DNA from: Vulcanimicrobiota bacterium
GTDB taxonomy: Bacteria; Vulcanimicrobiota; Xenobia; Xenobiales; QWHO01
Reading direction: 5' to 3'
DNA: 64,000 bases
Assembly (NCBI GenBank): GCA_963169765.1
Contig: CAUJEN010000073.1
Location: 10,932 to 74,931, forward strand
Positions 47,289 through 56,594 of the stretch are shown in pieces; the stretch's first letter is position 1, and each line of letters starts with the position of its first letter. Made by a program: the position numbers and the translations under genes. The notes beneath the pieces were generated by a model. It was not told the DNA's origin. It made no database searches and saw only the letters and a program-made list of their open reading frames with translations.

Positions 47289-47831
47289 ATGATCAACACC
47301 AGCTTCGCTTCCGCCACCGTGGCAACCATCGCCAACCGGCCCAGCGTGGCCGCTTCCCAGAGCCAGGGCCAAACGGCCGAGACCGGTGGCCCCCAGGAGA
47401 CCGTCAGCCTGAGCGAGACCCCCGCCCGCAAGAGCTGGTTGGGCCGGACGCTGAGCAAGACCGGCCTGATCCTGGGACTGGGAGCCGCCCTCTTCTGCGC
47501 CTCGGTTCCCGCCGCCAATGCTCAGAGTTACTACTACCATCAGCCTGTTCCGGTCTGCGGTCAGGTCCAGACCGGCAGCCAGACCGGCATCAGCATCGAC
47601 CATCGTGGCAACGTCGGTATCTACACCACCCAGCAGAGCGTCAACACCTGCAACGGCACGGTCCAGCAGAACACGGTCGGAATCAACCAGAACGGCGTCG
47701 TCATCCAGCAGCAGACCGGCGTTCCAGGCTGGGGAGTCTTCAACGGACCCACGGTGGTCTTCCCCTCCCACCGCGGCGGTCATCACGGCCATCACGGCCA
47801 CCACGGACACCACGGCGGCTATTACCGCTAA
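47289..47831 (+). CDS. Secreted hypothetical protein with His-rich C-terminal tail (HGHHGHHGHHG)
   Basis: GGGAGGG RBS 6 nt before ATG. Internal hydrophobic signal-like segment (LILGLGAALFCASVPAANA). Gln/Thr-rich middle. Terminal (HHG)n tract. Confidence 0.45.
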   Translation: MINTSFASATVATIANRPSVAASQSQGQTAETGGPQETVSLSETPARKSWLGRTLSKTGLILGLGAALFCASVPAANAQSYYYHQPVPVCGQVQTGSQTGISIDHRGNVGIYTTQQSVNTCNGTVQQNTVGINQNGVVIQQQTGVPGWGVFNGPTVVFPSHRGGHHGHHGHHGHHGGYYR

Positions 47832-47862
47832 CCGCGCGCAAAACTCACTCCTGAAGGCCGCC

Positions 47863-48540
47863 TCAGGCGGGGTCGCAGAACGGGCAGTTGAGCTCGGAGA
47901 AGGGCAGCTCTACCTCCCCCACCGGCGCCTCGGCCACGTAGGTGAGCTCGAAATCGCACTGCTTGCAGGCGAAGACCATGCGCGACTCGCCCTGATGGCG
48001 GAACACCCGGGCTGACCAGCGCTCCTGCCAATCGCGCTGCAATCGTGGCATGATGCGCAGCCGTCTGGGCAGCTCGCTCCCCTCCAACTCGGCTTGAGCC
48101 ATGGACTGCTCCAGCATCCAGGTGGCCCGGCGAGCGGTGGCCAGCCCCCGGTCCAGGTCGCCCAGAGACTTCTGCTCCACGAAAGCGCGCACTGAGGCCA
48201 TCGCTTGCTCGAGCTCGTCCAGCCCCTCCAGCCCACCTCCGGCAAGCCAATGGCGAACCTCCGCCAGATGGCGCTCAAGCCGAGTGAAGCCATAGGCGAA
48301 GTCGACTGCGAAGATCTTCTGGGCCAGCACCTCCTCGACCAGGTTTTCGAGGTGGCGGGCTGGATTGACGGGTTGCTCCACGAGGACTGCTTCGTCTGTC
48401 TGGGAGGGTTTCCCGGCTGTGAGCCAGAGCACCGGATATTTGTCATCCAGACCACAGAGGAGGTCTGCCTGGAGAGCTATGCCTTGAGTATCAGAAAGGC
48501 AGGCAATCAAGATGCTCAAGAAATCGTTTCTCAAGATCAT
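47863..48540 (-). CDS. Hypothetical protein with C-terminal CxxC ... CxxC zinc-ribbon
   Basis: ORF with CKQCDFE ... CPFCDP at the C-terminus. No family recognised. The 5' end overlaps the divergent 48512 gene, so the true start is probably internal. Confidence 0.3.
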   Translation of the reverse strand: MILRNDFLSILIACLSDTQGIALQADLLCGLDDKYPVLWLTAGKPSQTDEAVLVEQPVNPARHLENLVEEVLAQKIFAVDFAYGFTRLERHLAEVRHWLAGGGLEGLDELEQAMASVRAFVEQKSLGDLDRGLATARRATWMLEQSMAQAELEGSELPRRLRIMPRLQRDWQERWSARVFRHQGESRMVFACKQCDFELTYVAEAPVGEVELPFSELNCPFCDPA

Positions 48541-49120
48541 ACTGCTGGGAGCCCTACTCTCCCCGATGGCTCAGGCCAGCCCCACAGGCCCGGTCGACTG
48601 CGGCGGCGGGCATACGGTCGATGCCCCCCGCATCATCTTCAGCGAGCCCCTGAGTGACAATGAGCCCGACCCGCCCCGCTATCGCGATGGCTACTACCAG
48701 GATGCCAAGAAGGACCAGACTACGGTGGTGGTTCGCAAGCCCCGCTGGCGCGTCTACGCCGTGGACCGCGAGGAACCGAAGTCCACGACGGCTCAAATTC
48801 AAGAGACCATTAAGGACTGGCTGAAGGACAAAGCCCTGTCGGCTCTCCAGAAGGTCGCCGACAGCATCCCACTGACCAGGATCATCAAGAACGCCGACAA
48901 GACAGCCGATGCCCTGGCTTCGGGCGACTTCCGCCGGGGAGTGTGGGTTACCTACATCCGCGAGGGCTCCAACGGCGAGGTGCTCGAGAGCATAGTGGAG
49001 CGTCTCAGCGGCGACGACGAGTTGCCCTGGCAGATCAAGGGCGGCGACGAGGCCGGCCAGCAGAAGGTGCTCAAAAAACACCTGACGGCCATGAACCGAG
49101 CCGCGGATGCTGGCAAGTAG
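48512..49120 (+). CDS. Secreted hypothetical protein
   Basis: Signal peptide MLKKSFLKIILLGALLSPMAQA. Lys/Asp-rich mature region. Noticeably lower GC than neighbours. Confidence 0.4.
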   Translation: MLKKSFLKIILLGALLSPMAQASPTGPVDCGGGHTVDAPRIIFSEPLSDNEPDPPRYRDGYYQDAKKDQTTVVVRKPRWRVYAVDREEPKSTTAQIQETIKDWLKDKALSALQKVADSIPLTRIIKNADKTADALASGDFRRGVWVTYIREGSNGEVLESIVERLSGDDELPWQIKGGDEAGQQKVLKKHLTAMNRAADAGK

Positions 49121-49305
49121 CGCCTCCAGGAGAGGTGCCCAGGACGCTGCAGGAGCGCGGCCGGAATCCCTTGACACGGGTTTTCGGCCGCGGCTCGTTT
49201 GAGGTCGGACCTCTCCGGGCCGCTACACAATGCTGGTTTGCGGCCGGGCTCCTGGCTGCCCTGTGCGTGCAAGGATTCCCCACCCTGTGACCGAAAAACA
49301 ACCCT

Positions 49306-50553
49306 GTGAAGAGCGATCTCGACATCCTGCTGGAAACCTTGCCCCCCGAGTCGCGCGAGACGGCCCGGGCCCTGTGGGCCGGGATGCCGGCCGACATGCG
49401 CCGCGAGCTGACCCTCACGCTGGGAGCGTTCGTGGGGCTCTTGCGCCAGAGGCCGGGCACGGCCGCCGATCTGGTCAAGATGATCCGTCGGCTGGCCGCC
49501 CCGGTCTATGCGCCGGTCACGAAGGTGGCCATCGTGGGGCCGGTCAACGTGGGAAAGTCCACTCTGTTCAATGCTCTGGTGAATGACCCCGAGTTGCAGG
49601 CCGAGGTCTCGCCGATTCCGGGCACGACCCGGGCGGCGCTCACCTCGGACAAAGGGCTGTTCGCGCTGGTGGACACGCCCGGGGCCGACCGCCCTCAAAC
49701 CATGGGCCTGGAAGAGCGCGAACGAGCCTTCAAGGCCGCAGCCGGGGCGGACTTCCTGCTGATTGTTTTCGATGCCACGGTGGGGGTGAACACCTCGGCC
49801 CGCATCCTGTTCGGCGAGCTGAAGGCGCTGGGCAAGCCCTACCTGGTCTGCCTGAACAAGATCGACATGGTGACGGGCAAGCTGAAAGCCGAGGTGGTGC
49901 GCTCGGCGGCCCAGGTGCTCGACCTCGACCCGGAAACTGTCGTGCCGGTCTCGGCCCAGGAAGGTAACGGGGTGGAGCGGCTGTTGCTCGAGCTGGCAGC
50001 GGCCGAGCCGCGCCTTCTGGGCAAGCTGGGTGAGGTCCTCACCCCGCTGCGGCGCAAGCTGGGCTGGCAGGCCGTGCGCCGGGCAGCGGTGGCCTCGGGG
50101 CTGGTGGCCCTTTCGCCCATCCCGATTCTGGACCTGATCCCGCTGACGGCCATCCAGGCCACCATGGTGCTGACCCTGGCTCGCATCTACGGGCGCGAAA
50201 TGACCTGGAAGCGGGGACTGGAGATCCTGGCCACCTTCGGGGCAGGCTTGCTGGGCCGCACTCTGTTCCAGCAGCTGTCCAAGCTCGGCGGGGTGCCCGG
50301 CTGGGCTCTCTCGGCCTCAGTTGCCAGCTCAGCCACCGTGGCCATCGGCTTTGCGGTGATGCGCTGGTTTGAGACCGGCCAGAAGCCGACCCACAAGGAT
50401 ATGCTGGAGGTGGCCTCCCAGACCCAGAAGGCGCTGACGGCAAAGCTGCGCGGCAAGAAGCCGGGCAAGCAACAACTCACCGAGGACCTGGAAGAGCTGC
50501 TGCCCGAGGTCACAAAACAGCTCGATCCCGAGGATGCCCCCCGGCCCGAGTGA
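49306..50553 (+). CDS. GTP-binding protein with C-terminal DUF697-like membrane-associated domain (YcjF/YcjC-type)
   Basis: P-loop GPVNVGKSTLFNAL; G3 DTPG; G4 NKID. The C-terminal half has hydrophobic segments (PILDLIPLTAIQATMVLTLARIYG) resembling DUF697. Confidence 0.65.
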   Translation: MKSDLDILLETLPPESRETARALWAGMPADMRRELTLTLGAFVGLLRQRPGTAADLVKMIRRLAAPVYAPVTKVAIVGPVNVGKSTLFNALVNDPELQAEVSPIPGTTRAALTSDKGLFALVDTPGADRPQTMGLEERERAFKAAAGADFLLIVFDATVGVNTSARILFGELKALGKPYLVCLNKIDMVTGKLKAEVVRSAAQVLDLDPETVVPVSAQEGNGVERLLLELAAAEPRLLGKLGEVLTPLRRKLGWQAVRRAAVASGLVALSPIPILDLIPLTAIQATMVLTLARIYGREMTWKRGLEILATFGAGLLGRTLFQQLSKLGGVPGWALSASVASSATVAIGFAVMRWFETGQKPTHKDMLEVASQTQKALTAKLRGKKPGKQQLTEDLEELLPEVTKQLDPEDAPRPE

Positions 50554-50595
50554 GCCGGCAGGCCTTTCCTGGGAGGGCCAGAAAGGTTTCCCAAG

Positions 50596-51045
50596 ATGCT
50601 TGCGGATGCACCCTACGAAACCACAGAGCCGGTCATGCACCCGCTGGTCGGCCTGGTCGCCGGCCTGGCGGCAGGCGGAGCCATGCTGGGCACCTCGGCC
50701 CTGGCCCACAAGCTCACCCCGATGGCGCTCGCCTTCGGGCTGGGCGACGCCACCCGGGGGCTGGTCGCCTGGCTGGCCCTGGCTGCCTTTCTTGGTCTGA
50801 TGTACGGGATCTCCCAGTTGCAAGCGCGCCCCCGAGACCTGATCGGCGTGGGCATCTTTTACGGGATCTTTCTCTGGATTGCCCCGGCCGTCTTCGGTCG
50901 GCTGTTCTTCGGGCAGTCCACCGCCATGCTGCGAACATTCCCCTGGTTTGTGAGTTGCCTGGCCTTCGGGCTGACGCTGGGAATTCTGGCGGTGCTGGCG
51001 GAGCGCACCCGCTCCACCTCCACGGCCGTGGTGGCAAGAGATTGA
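50596..51045 (+). CDS. Hypothetical integral membrane protein
   Basis: Four predicted TM helices. No motif recognised. Confidence 0.4.
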   Translation: MLADAPYETTEPVMHPLVGLVAGLAAGGAMLGTSALAHKLTPMALAFGLGDATRGLVAWLALAAFLGLMYGISQLQARPRDLIGVGIFYGIFLWIAPAVFGRLFFGQSTAMLRTFPWFVSCLAFGLTLGILAVLAERTRSTSTAVVARD

Positions 51046-51058
51046 GGGAGGTTGCAAG

Positions 51059-51229
51059 ATGAGCACGCTCAAGGGCATGCTGGCCACGATCCGAGAGCTG
51101 ATGGGCTTCTTGTGGGCCAACAAACTGTGGTGGATGTCGCCCATCGTGGTCGTGCTGCTGCTGGTGGGCGGGCTGGTCGTGCTGGGCTCGAGCACCGGCC
51201 TGGGGCCGTTCGTCTACTCGCTGTTCTGA
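51059..51229 (+). CDS. DUF5989-like small membrane protein
   Basis: 56-aa ORF MSTLKGMLATIRELMGFLWANKLWWMSPIVVVLLLVGGLVVL... matches the small conserved protein usually found just upstream of SxtJ/carbamoyltransferase genes. Its stop overlaps the next start (TGATG). Confidence 0.5.
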   Translation: MSTLKGMLATIRELMGFLWANKLWWMSPIVVVLLLVGGLVVLGSSTGLGPFVYSLF

Positions 51230-51444
51230 TGCTGACGGCCTGGCGAGAGATCTCGATGGCCTTCGGCAGCTTCCAGGCCCGCTGGCTGCTGACGCTGGTC
51301 TACTTCAGCCTGGTGGCCCTGTCTGCCGTGCCGGCCTACTTCGCCGACCGGCTGCAGCTGCGAGGGCGACCCGGAGCGAGCACGGCCTGGAACGAGCGCC
51401 CCCCCACTCCCACCGATCTGGCCTCGGCCACCCGTCAGTTTTAA
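51229..51444 (+). CDS. SxtJ-like small membrane protein
   Basis: 71-aa ORF (MLTAWREISMAFGSFQARWLLTLVYFSLVALSAVPAYFADR...) typical of the SxtJ family that accompanies NodU/CmcH carbamoyltransferases. Confidence 0.5.
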   Translation: MLTAWREISMAFGSFQARWLLTLVYFSLVALSAVPAYFADRLQLRGRPGASTAWNERPPTPTDLASATRQF

Positions 51445-51448
51445 CCGA

Positions 51449-53233
51449 GTGCACATTCTGGGAATCTCCGCCTTCTATCACGACTCGGCCGCCGCCCTCC
51501 TGCGCGACGGCGAACTGGTCGCAGCGGTGCAAGAGGAGCGTTACAGCCGTGTCAAGTTCGACGCAGGCTATCCAGCCGCGGCCATTGGCTACTGCCTGCG
51601 CTCAGCCGGCATCACCGCCAACGAACTGGACTATGTGGTGTTCTATGAAAAGCCGCTGCCCAAGTTCGAGCGCATCCTCTCCTCGCAGCTGGCCTCCTTC
51701 CCGAGCTCGTGGAAGGTATTCCGGGAGGCAGCCATCGCCTGGCTGGGGGACAAGCTGTGGGTCAAGACCACGCTCTCTCGCAACCTGGGCGTCCCGCTGG
51801 AGAAGGTCTTGTTCGTCGAGCACCACCTCAGCCACGCTGCCAGCGCCGTCTTCTGCGCCCCTTTTCAGGAGACGGCCGTGCTCACCATCGACGGGGTGGG
51901 CGAGTGGACCACCACGGCCCTGGGCAGAGCCAGCACCGACTGGCAGGGGGGCTCCGGGCCCAACCGCATCGAGTTGACCCGCGAGCTACGCTTTCCCCAC
52001 TCGCTGGGTCTGCTCTACTCCACCTTCACCGCCTGGCTGGGGTTCAAGGTGAACAGCGGCGAGTACAAGCTGATGGGCATGGCCCCCTACGGCGAGCCGC
52101 GCTATCTCGACAAGCTGGAGAAGCTGGTGCGGGTTTTTCCGGACGGCAGCTTCCGGCTGAACATGGAGTATTTCAGCTTCCACCGCTCGCTGACCCGGAG
52201 CTACAGCCCCCGCTTCTGCCAACTGCTCGGTCCGCCCCGCGAGCCCGAGAGCCCGTTCTTCACGGCCACCACGGGGGACGACCTGACAGGACGCGAGGAG
52301 GCTGCCCGCCAGAACCAGTACTACGCTGATGTGGCTGCCAGCCTGCAGCGGTTGACCGAGGACATCCTGCTCAAGATGGTGGTCCAGTTGCACCGCGAGA
52401 CCGGCCTGAAGAACCTCTCGGTGGCCGGAGGTGTGGCCCTGAACAGCGTGGCCAACGGGCGCATCATGCGCGAGTCGCCCTTCGAGCAGGTCTACATCCA
52501 GCCCAACGCGGGCGACGCGGGGGGCGCTCTGGGAGCTGCTCTTTACGCCTACCACGTCCTGCTGGGCAAACCCCGCAAGTTCGTCATGGAGCACGCTTAC
52601 TACGGCGAGGAGTCCGAGCCCGACGCCATCTCTGCTGCCATCCAGGCTCAGGGCCTTCCCTGCGAGCAGTTGGAAGACCCGCTCGCTCAGGCCGAGCGGC
52701 TGGTGGACACCATGCTCAAAGGCGGCGTAGTGGCGGTGCACCAGGGACGGGCCGAGTGGGGTCCGCGCGCCCTGGGCAACCGCTCTATCCTGGCCGATCC
52801 GCGCCGCGACGAGATGAAAGAGATCGTCAACAGCAAGGTCAAATTCCGCGAAAGCTTCCGCCCCTTTGCCCCGGTGGTGCTCGAAGAGCGAGCCGAGGAG
52901 TTCTTTGCGCTCGGGCGCTCGGCCGGCCAGTATCCCCAGCGCTTCATGCTCATGGTCAGCCCGCTGGTGGAGGGGCGCGAAACCGACATCCCGGCCGTTT
53001 CCCACATGGGCACGGGGCGCCTGCAGGTGGTCCGTCCCGAGTGGAACGCGCTCTATGCCGAGTGCATCGCCCGCTTCGGGCACGAGACCGGGGTGCCGGT
53101 GCTGCTCAACACCAGCTTCAACCTGCGCGGGGAGCCGCTCGTGAATACGCCCGCCGAGGCCCTGAACACCTTTGGGGCCAGCGATATCGACCTGCTCTCC
53201 ATCGGTCCCTACCTGGTGCGCAAGCGAGACTGA
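51449..53233 (+). CDS. Carbamoyltransferase (NodU/CmcH family)
   Basis: GTG start. N-terminal ILGISAFYHDSAAALLRDGELVAAVQEERYSRVK. HHLSHAASAVF motif. C-terminal YrdC-like domain (VLLNTSFNLRGEP). Confidence 0.85.
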   Translation: MHILGISAFYHDSAAALLRDGELVAAVQEERYSRVKFDAGYPAAAIGYCLRSAGITANELDYVVFYEKPLPKFERILSSQLASFPSSWKVFREAAIAWLGDKLWVKTTLSRNLGVPLEKVLFVEHHLSHAASAVFCAPFQETAVLTIDGVGEWTTTALGRASTDWQGGSGPNRIELTRELRFPHSLGLLYSTFTAWLGFKVNSGEYKLMGMAPYGEPRYLDKLEKLVRVFPDGSFRLNMEYFSFHRSLTRSYSPRFCQLLGPPREPESPFFTATTGDDLTGREEAARQNQYYADVAASLQRLTEDILLKMVVQLHRETGLKNLSVAGGVALNSVANGRIMRESPFEQVYIQPNAGDAGGALGAALYAYHVLLGKPRKFVMEHAYYGEESEPDAISAAIQAQGLPCEQLEDPLAQAERLVDTMLKGGVVAVHQGRAEWGPRALGNRSILADPRRDEMKEIVNSKVKFRESFRPFAPVVLEERAEEFFALGRSAGQYPQRFMLMVSPLVEGRETDIPAVSHMGTGRLQVVRPEWNALYAECIARFGHETGVPVLLNTSFNLRGEPLVNTPAEALNTFGASDIDLLSIGPYLVRKRD

Positions 53234-54288
53234 ATCTCGGGCTCGAGTTGCTCGGCCACGAACCGGTGCCCGTCCCGGTTGAAGTGAGACTCCTGCCGGA
53301 AGTAGAGCGAGCCGGCCTTCTCAGGGCCCAACGCGCGCAGGGCTGGGTTGAGGTTCAGGTAGGGGATCTGCTCACGCTGGCACAGTTCCTCCAGAAAGCG
53401 CTCCGGCTTGAGCAGGTCATACTTCTGGTCGAAGCCGGGATAGCTCTCTTTCCAGCGCTCGGCCGCCAGGCTGTCCACCACCTGGCGCTCGGAGAAGAAG
53501 ACCACCAGAAAGCGGGCCCCGTTCTTCTCGATCTCGGCCTTCAGTTGGGGAAGGATCGCAGCCGTCTCGCGATATGCCTGCTCGACTTCGCTCTCCGGCT
53601 GACGCTGGAAAATCCGCATTGCCGCAGGGGGGGGTTCCCAATCACGCCCCTTCCTGACCTGGCCGCGGAGCACGCGCTGGCGAAACCGGTAGATATCAAA
53701 GAGAAGCTTGAGCTTGAGCTCGCGAGGCTTATTGGTGGGGAAAGGGGCCACGCGGCTGATCAGCTCGTTGTTGGGGCGGCTTTCCCAGTCCAGGTTGCCG
53801 ATCACGTCGTTGCCAAGGAACAAAGCGAGCACCACCAGGTCTGGCTTGAGCTCGGCGAGATGGGCACGAGCGAAGTGCAACTGGTGGATCAGCTCCCAAC
53901 CGCCCACTCCGCAGTTGACCACCTCCACCCCTAGCTTTTGCTCGAGCAGATCGGCAAAAATCTCACTCTGCTCGACTCCGTGCCCGGCGGTGTAGGAGTC
54001 CCCAAGCAGCACGATGCGCTGGCCCTGTTTGGGACCGATCTCCCGGTCGCGCAGCCCCAGGCTGTTGGTCTTGAAGGCAACGTCGTAGTAGGTGCTGATC
54101 ATTCTCTGGTTGAGATGAGGAGCGAACTTGTAGCCGGTCTCGCGACTCGGGTCCCAGGGATACCACAAAGCAGGCGGGTAGTCGACCACCTGTAGCACAA
54201 CCTCGCACAGGGCCAGCGCCAAGAAGGCCGAGAGCACGGAAACCAGTGCCAGCAGCACCGGCCGAGGCCTTTTTCTGGTCACTGACAA
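53209..54288 (-). CDS. SGNH/GDSL hydrolase family protein (AlgX/AlgJ-like)
   Basis: N-terminal TM anchor. IVLLGDSYTAGHG (GDS block I). Convergent with the carbamoyltransferase, overlapping 3' ends by 25 nt. Confidence 0.65.
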   Translation of the reverse strand: MSVTRKRPRPVLLALVSVLSAFLALALCEVVLQVVDYPPALWYPWDPSRETGYKFAPHLNQRMISTYYDVAFKTNSLGLRDREIGPKQGQRIVLLGDSYTAGHGVEQSEIFADLLEQKLGVEVVNCGVGGWELIHQLHFARAHLAELKPDLVVLALFLGNDVIGNLDWESRPNNELISRVAPFPTNKPRELKLKLLFDIYRFRQRVLRGQVRKGRDWEPPPAAMRIFQRQPESEVEQAYRETAAILPQLKAEIEKNGARFLVVFFSERQVVDSLAAERWKESYPGFDQKYDLLKPERFLEELCQREQIPYLNLNPALRALGPEKAGSLYFRQESHFNRDGHRFVAEQLEPEIQSRLRTR

Positions 54289-54506
54289 GGCTTTTCCCTG
54301 GCCCCCTTCAGATCCTTTTCAGGTCGAAACGGTAATGTTCCGGCAACAACACTTTCAGAGAAACGGAAGAGCCAGAGATGATTCAGACCAACTTCACCAG
54401 CTATGTCCCCACGGGCAGCTTTGTAAGCCGGGCCAGTTCGGGTGGCCAGGATGCCCCACCAGAAGCTCAGGATGGCCCTGGCCCCGCTCGTGAGGACGCC
54501 GGGCTG

Positions 54507-54866
54507 ATGCCCAGCCGCCTGCCGGGAAGCCAGGCCGAATCCCGGCCGAATCGCTCGAGCTCCTTCGGCGCTCTTGGCCGCACGGTTGCCCTGTGCGTGG
54601 CTCTGCTGGCTGCCGGCGGACTGAGCGGCTGCGCCAGCATGGGCCAGCACGGCCGCGGTCCCAACCAGGAGCCGCCCAGCGCCAGCTACCAGACCGGCCA
54701 GGGGATGCGCCAGGTCGGTCAGGGCTTCCGGGATCTTGGAGTGGGGCTCTATGAAGGCGTGCTCAAGCCCATCGGTCACGCCGCCCGCGACAGTGCCCGC
54801 GACTTCAGTCGGGGCATCTCGGGCCAGCCGCCGCAGGAGCAGCCGCCCGCTCAGCAGCGACGCTGA
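54507..54866 (+). CDS. Putative lipoprotein, Gln/Gly-rich
   Basis: Lipobox LLAAGGLSGC after a hydrophobic stretch. Start set at ATG 54507; upstream part of the 54378 ORF lacks a signal peptide. Confidence 0.35.
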   Translation: MPSRLPGSQAESRPNRSSSFGALGRTVALCVALLAAGGLSGCASMGQHGRGPNQEPPSASYQTGQGMRQVGQGFRDLGVGLYEGVLKPIGHAARDSARDFSRGISGQPPQEQPPAQQRR

Positions 54867-54921
54867 CCTTCGTCGCCGCGCAGGTTTCACAACAACTCAG
54901 GAAAGCGCGTTTCTCACCGGT

Positions 54922-55689
54922 TCAAGGCTCGGCCAGGTTGCGCTCGATCTCGCGGGCGCCCTGGCCGTAGATCATCGTGAAGTGATCCCCGGCCACCGTG
55001 GCCAGCTCCAACTGCGGGATGGCTGAGCGCGTCGCCTGGAGCTGCTCCGGACCCACGATCCCGTGCTCGGCCTTGAGCAACCGAACCGGTTGCCGAACTC
55101 GGGCGGCCAGTCCCAACCAGTCCTCTCCCTGCACGGCTGTCAGGAGCCGGGCCAGGGTCTCGGGACGGGTGCGGCAGATCACCTGCCCAGAGGGCAGCTC
55201 GCGCACGTCGGCCCGGCAGAAGGGCTCGGCTTCGGCCGGCCAACCGGCCGCCCGGGCCTTTTCGAAGTAGGCCTCGAAGCTGGCGTAGGTGCGGCCCAAC
55301 CTCTGCAGCGAAGGGCCGATCACCTCCAGCGTGCGAGGGTTGGCCACCCCCACGGCAGCATCGAGCAGCATCACGCGGGCGATCTTCTCCGGGTAGCAGG
55401 CGGCCAGGTAGAGGCCGAGCAGCCCTCCGAAGGAGTGCCCCACCACGGTGGTGGCCCCCTCGATCAGCTCGAGCACGTCCAGGGCATGCTCCTCCAGCGA
55501 GTAAGCGTCCTCGGGCTGATCGCTCAGTCCACGGCCCCGCATGTCGGGCAGCCTGGCAGCCGCCGGGAAGGCCAGCGAGTCAAAGGCTCGGGCGTTGGCC
55601 GTCAGCCCGTGCAGCACCAGCCAGGGCGAAGCGGGGCCGCTCCGCTCGAGGAAGTGCAAATGGACAGCGCCGCGACGGTAGAGAGGCAT
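54922..55689 (-). CDS. Alpha/beta-fold hydrolase
   Basis: LVLHGLTANARAF ... VVGHSFGG (GxSxG) ... catalytic His region. Start at MPLYRRG. Confidence 0.75.
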   Translation of the reverse strand: MPLYRRGAVHLHFLERSGPASPWLVLHGLTANARAFDSLAFPAAARLPDMRGRGLSDQPEDAYSLEEHALDVLELIEGATTVVGHSFGGLLGLYLAACYPEKIARVMLLDAAVGVANPRTLEVIGPSLQRLGRTYASFEAYFEKARAAGWPAEAEPFCRADVRELPSGQVICRTRPETLARLLTAVQGEDWLGLAARVRQPVRLLKAEHGIVGPEQLQATRSAIPQLELATVAGDHFTMIYGQGAREIERNLAEP

Positions 55690-55771
55690 CCGGGCCGATT
55701 CTCGGGATCGGTTTACGCAGCCTTCACATCGGTTACAAAACATCAACAGTCGCTCTGGCCTGAAGGCAAGG

Positions 55772-56473
55772 ATGGCAGGCTACCATCAGGGCATGCAACT
55801 CGCCCTGCCCGCCCCCCATGGCCTGGCCGCTTTCTTCGGTCCCCGACGCGACCCGAAAGTGGAGCGCCAGGTGCAAGAGCAAGCCAGCGACCGGTTCGAG
55901 CTGAACAAACCTCGCATGGCCGCAAGCTGGGGGGCCGCCATGGCCGGCTCCTACCTGGCCGGAGCGGCGGTCAACGCCGGCTGGCAGGCCCTTGGACTTG
56001 CCCCCACCGCCAACCTCGGACCGGTGGGCATGCTGATCGGAGGAGGCATCGGAGCCGCGGCCACCTACTTTCTGACCCGCGAGAAGCTGGGCACCGTCAA
56101 GGCGCTGGGCGCGGCGGCCCTGGCCGGGGTGGCCTCGGCCGCGGCCTGGAGCACCTTCGGGCTGGCCGGGCTGCGCGAAGGATTGGGCATGGCGCTGGGC
56201 GGAGGGGTGGGGGTGGCCATCGGGCTCAAGTCGGTGCCCGAGCAAAACCGCTCGCTCCTGGGCACGGTCGCGGCCGGAGTGCTGGGGCTGGGATTCTGCC
56301 ACTCGGCCGGCATCGTGGGGGCGGCCACCGGCTTCGCGGTGCCCGCCCTGGCCATCGGCCTGACGGGCACCTACGCCGCCCTGGGGGCCGGGGCCGGCAA
56401 CCTGGTGGCGCGGGCCAACCAGCGCGCCCTGCGCCGCTTGCTCTCACGCCAGATTGGAGCTGCCGCCAGGTGA
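55772..56473 (+). CDS. Gly/Ala-rich hypothetical membrane protein
   Basis: Repeated GxxxG/AxxxA small-residue zipper segments. No motif recognised. Confidence 0.35.
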   Translation: MAGYHQGMQLALPAPHGLAAFFGPRRDPKVERQVQEQASDRFELNKPRMAASWGAAMAGSYLAGAAVNAGWQALGLAPTANLGPVGMLIGGGIGAAATYFLTREKLGTVKALGAAALAGVASAAAWSTFGLAGLREGLGMALGGGVGVAIGLKSVPEQNRSLLGTVAAGVLGLGFCHSAGIVGAATGFAVPALAIGLTGTYAALGAGAGNLVARANQRALRRLLSRQIGAAAR

Positions 56474-56594
56474 GCTCCCCCAGGATGCGGGGCCCGAGAG
56501 GTAGGGCCCGGCTCGCAGCCAGCATCGGGTAGGGAATTCCCTGGAGCGCTTCTGTCGTCGCTGAATTTCTGGGCGCCTCGCCCTCTGGGAAGAT

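Noticed and set aside
47910-48455. Alternative overlapping minus-strand frames (47910-48455, 47828-48250) in the region of ORF 47863-48540
   Set aside because: Mutually exclusive overlapping frames, none with motifs. Only the frame ending in the CxxC ... CxxC ribbon was retained, and at low confidence.
49121-49305. Promoter-like TTGACA hexamer (about 49172) upstream of the GTPase gene
   Set aside because: No acceptable -10 element at the right spacing could be identified by eye. Not reported as a feature.
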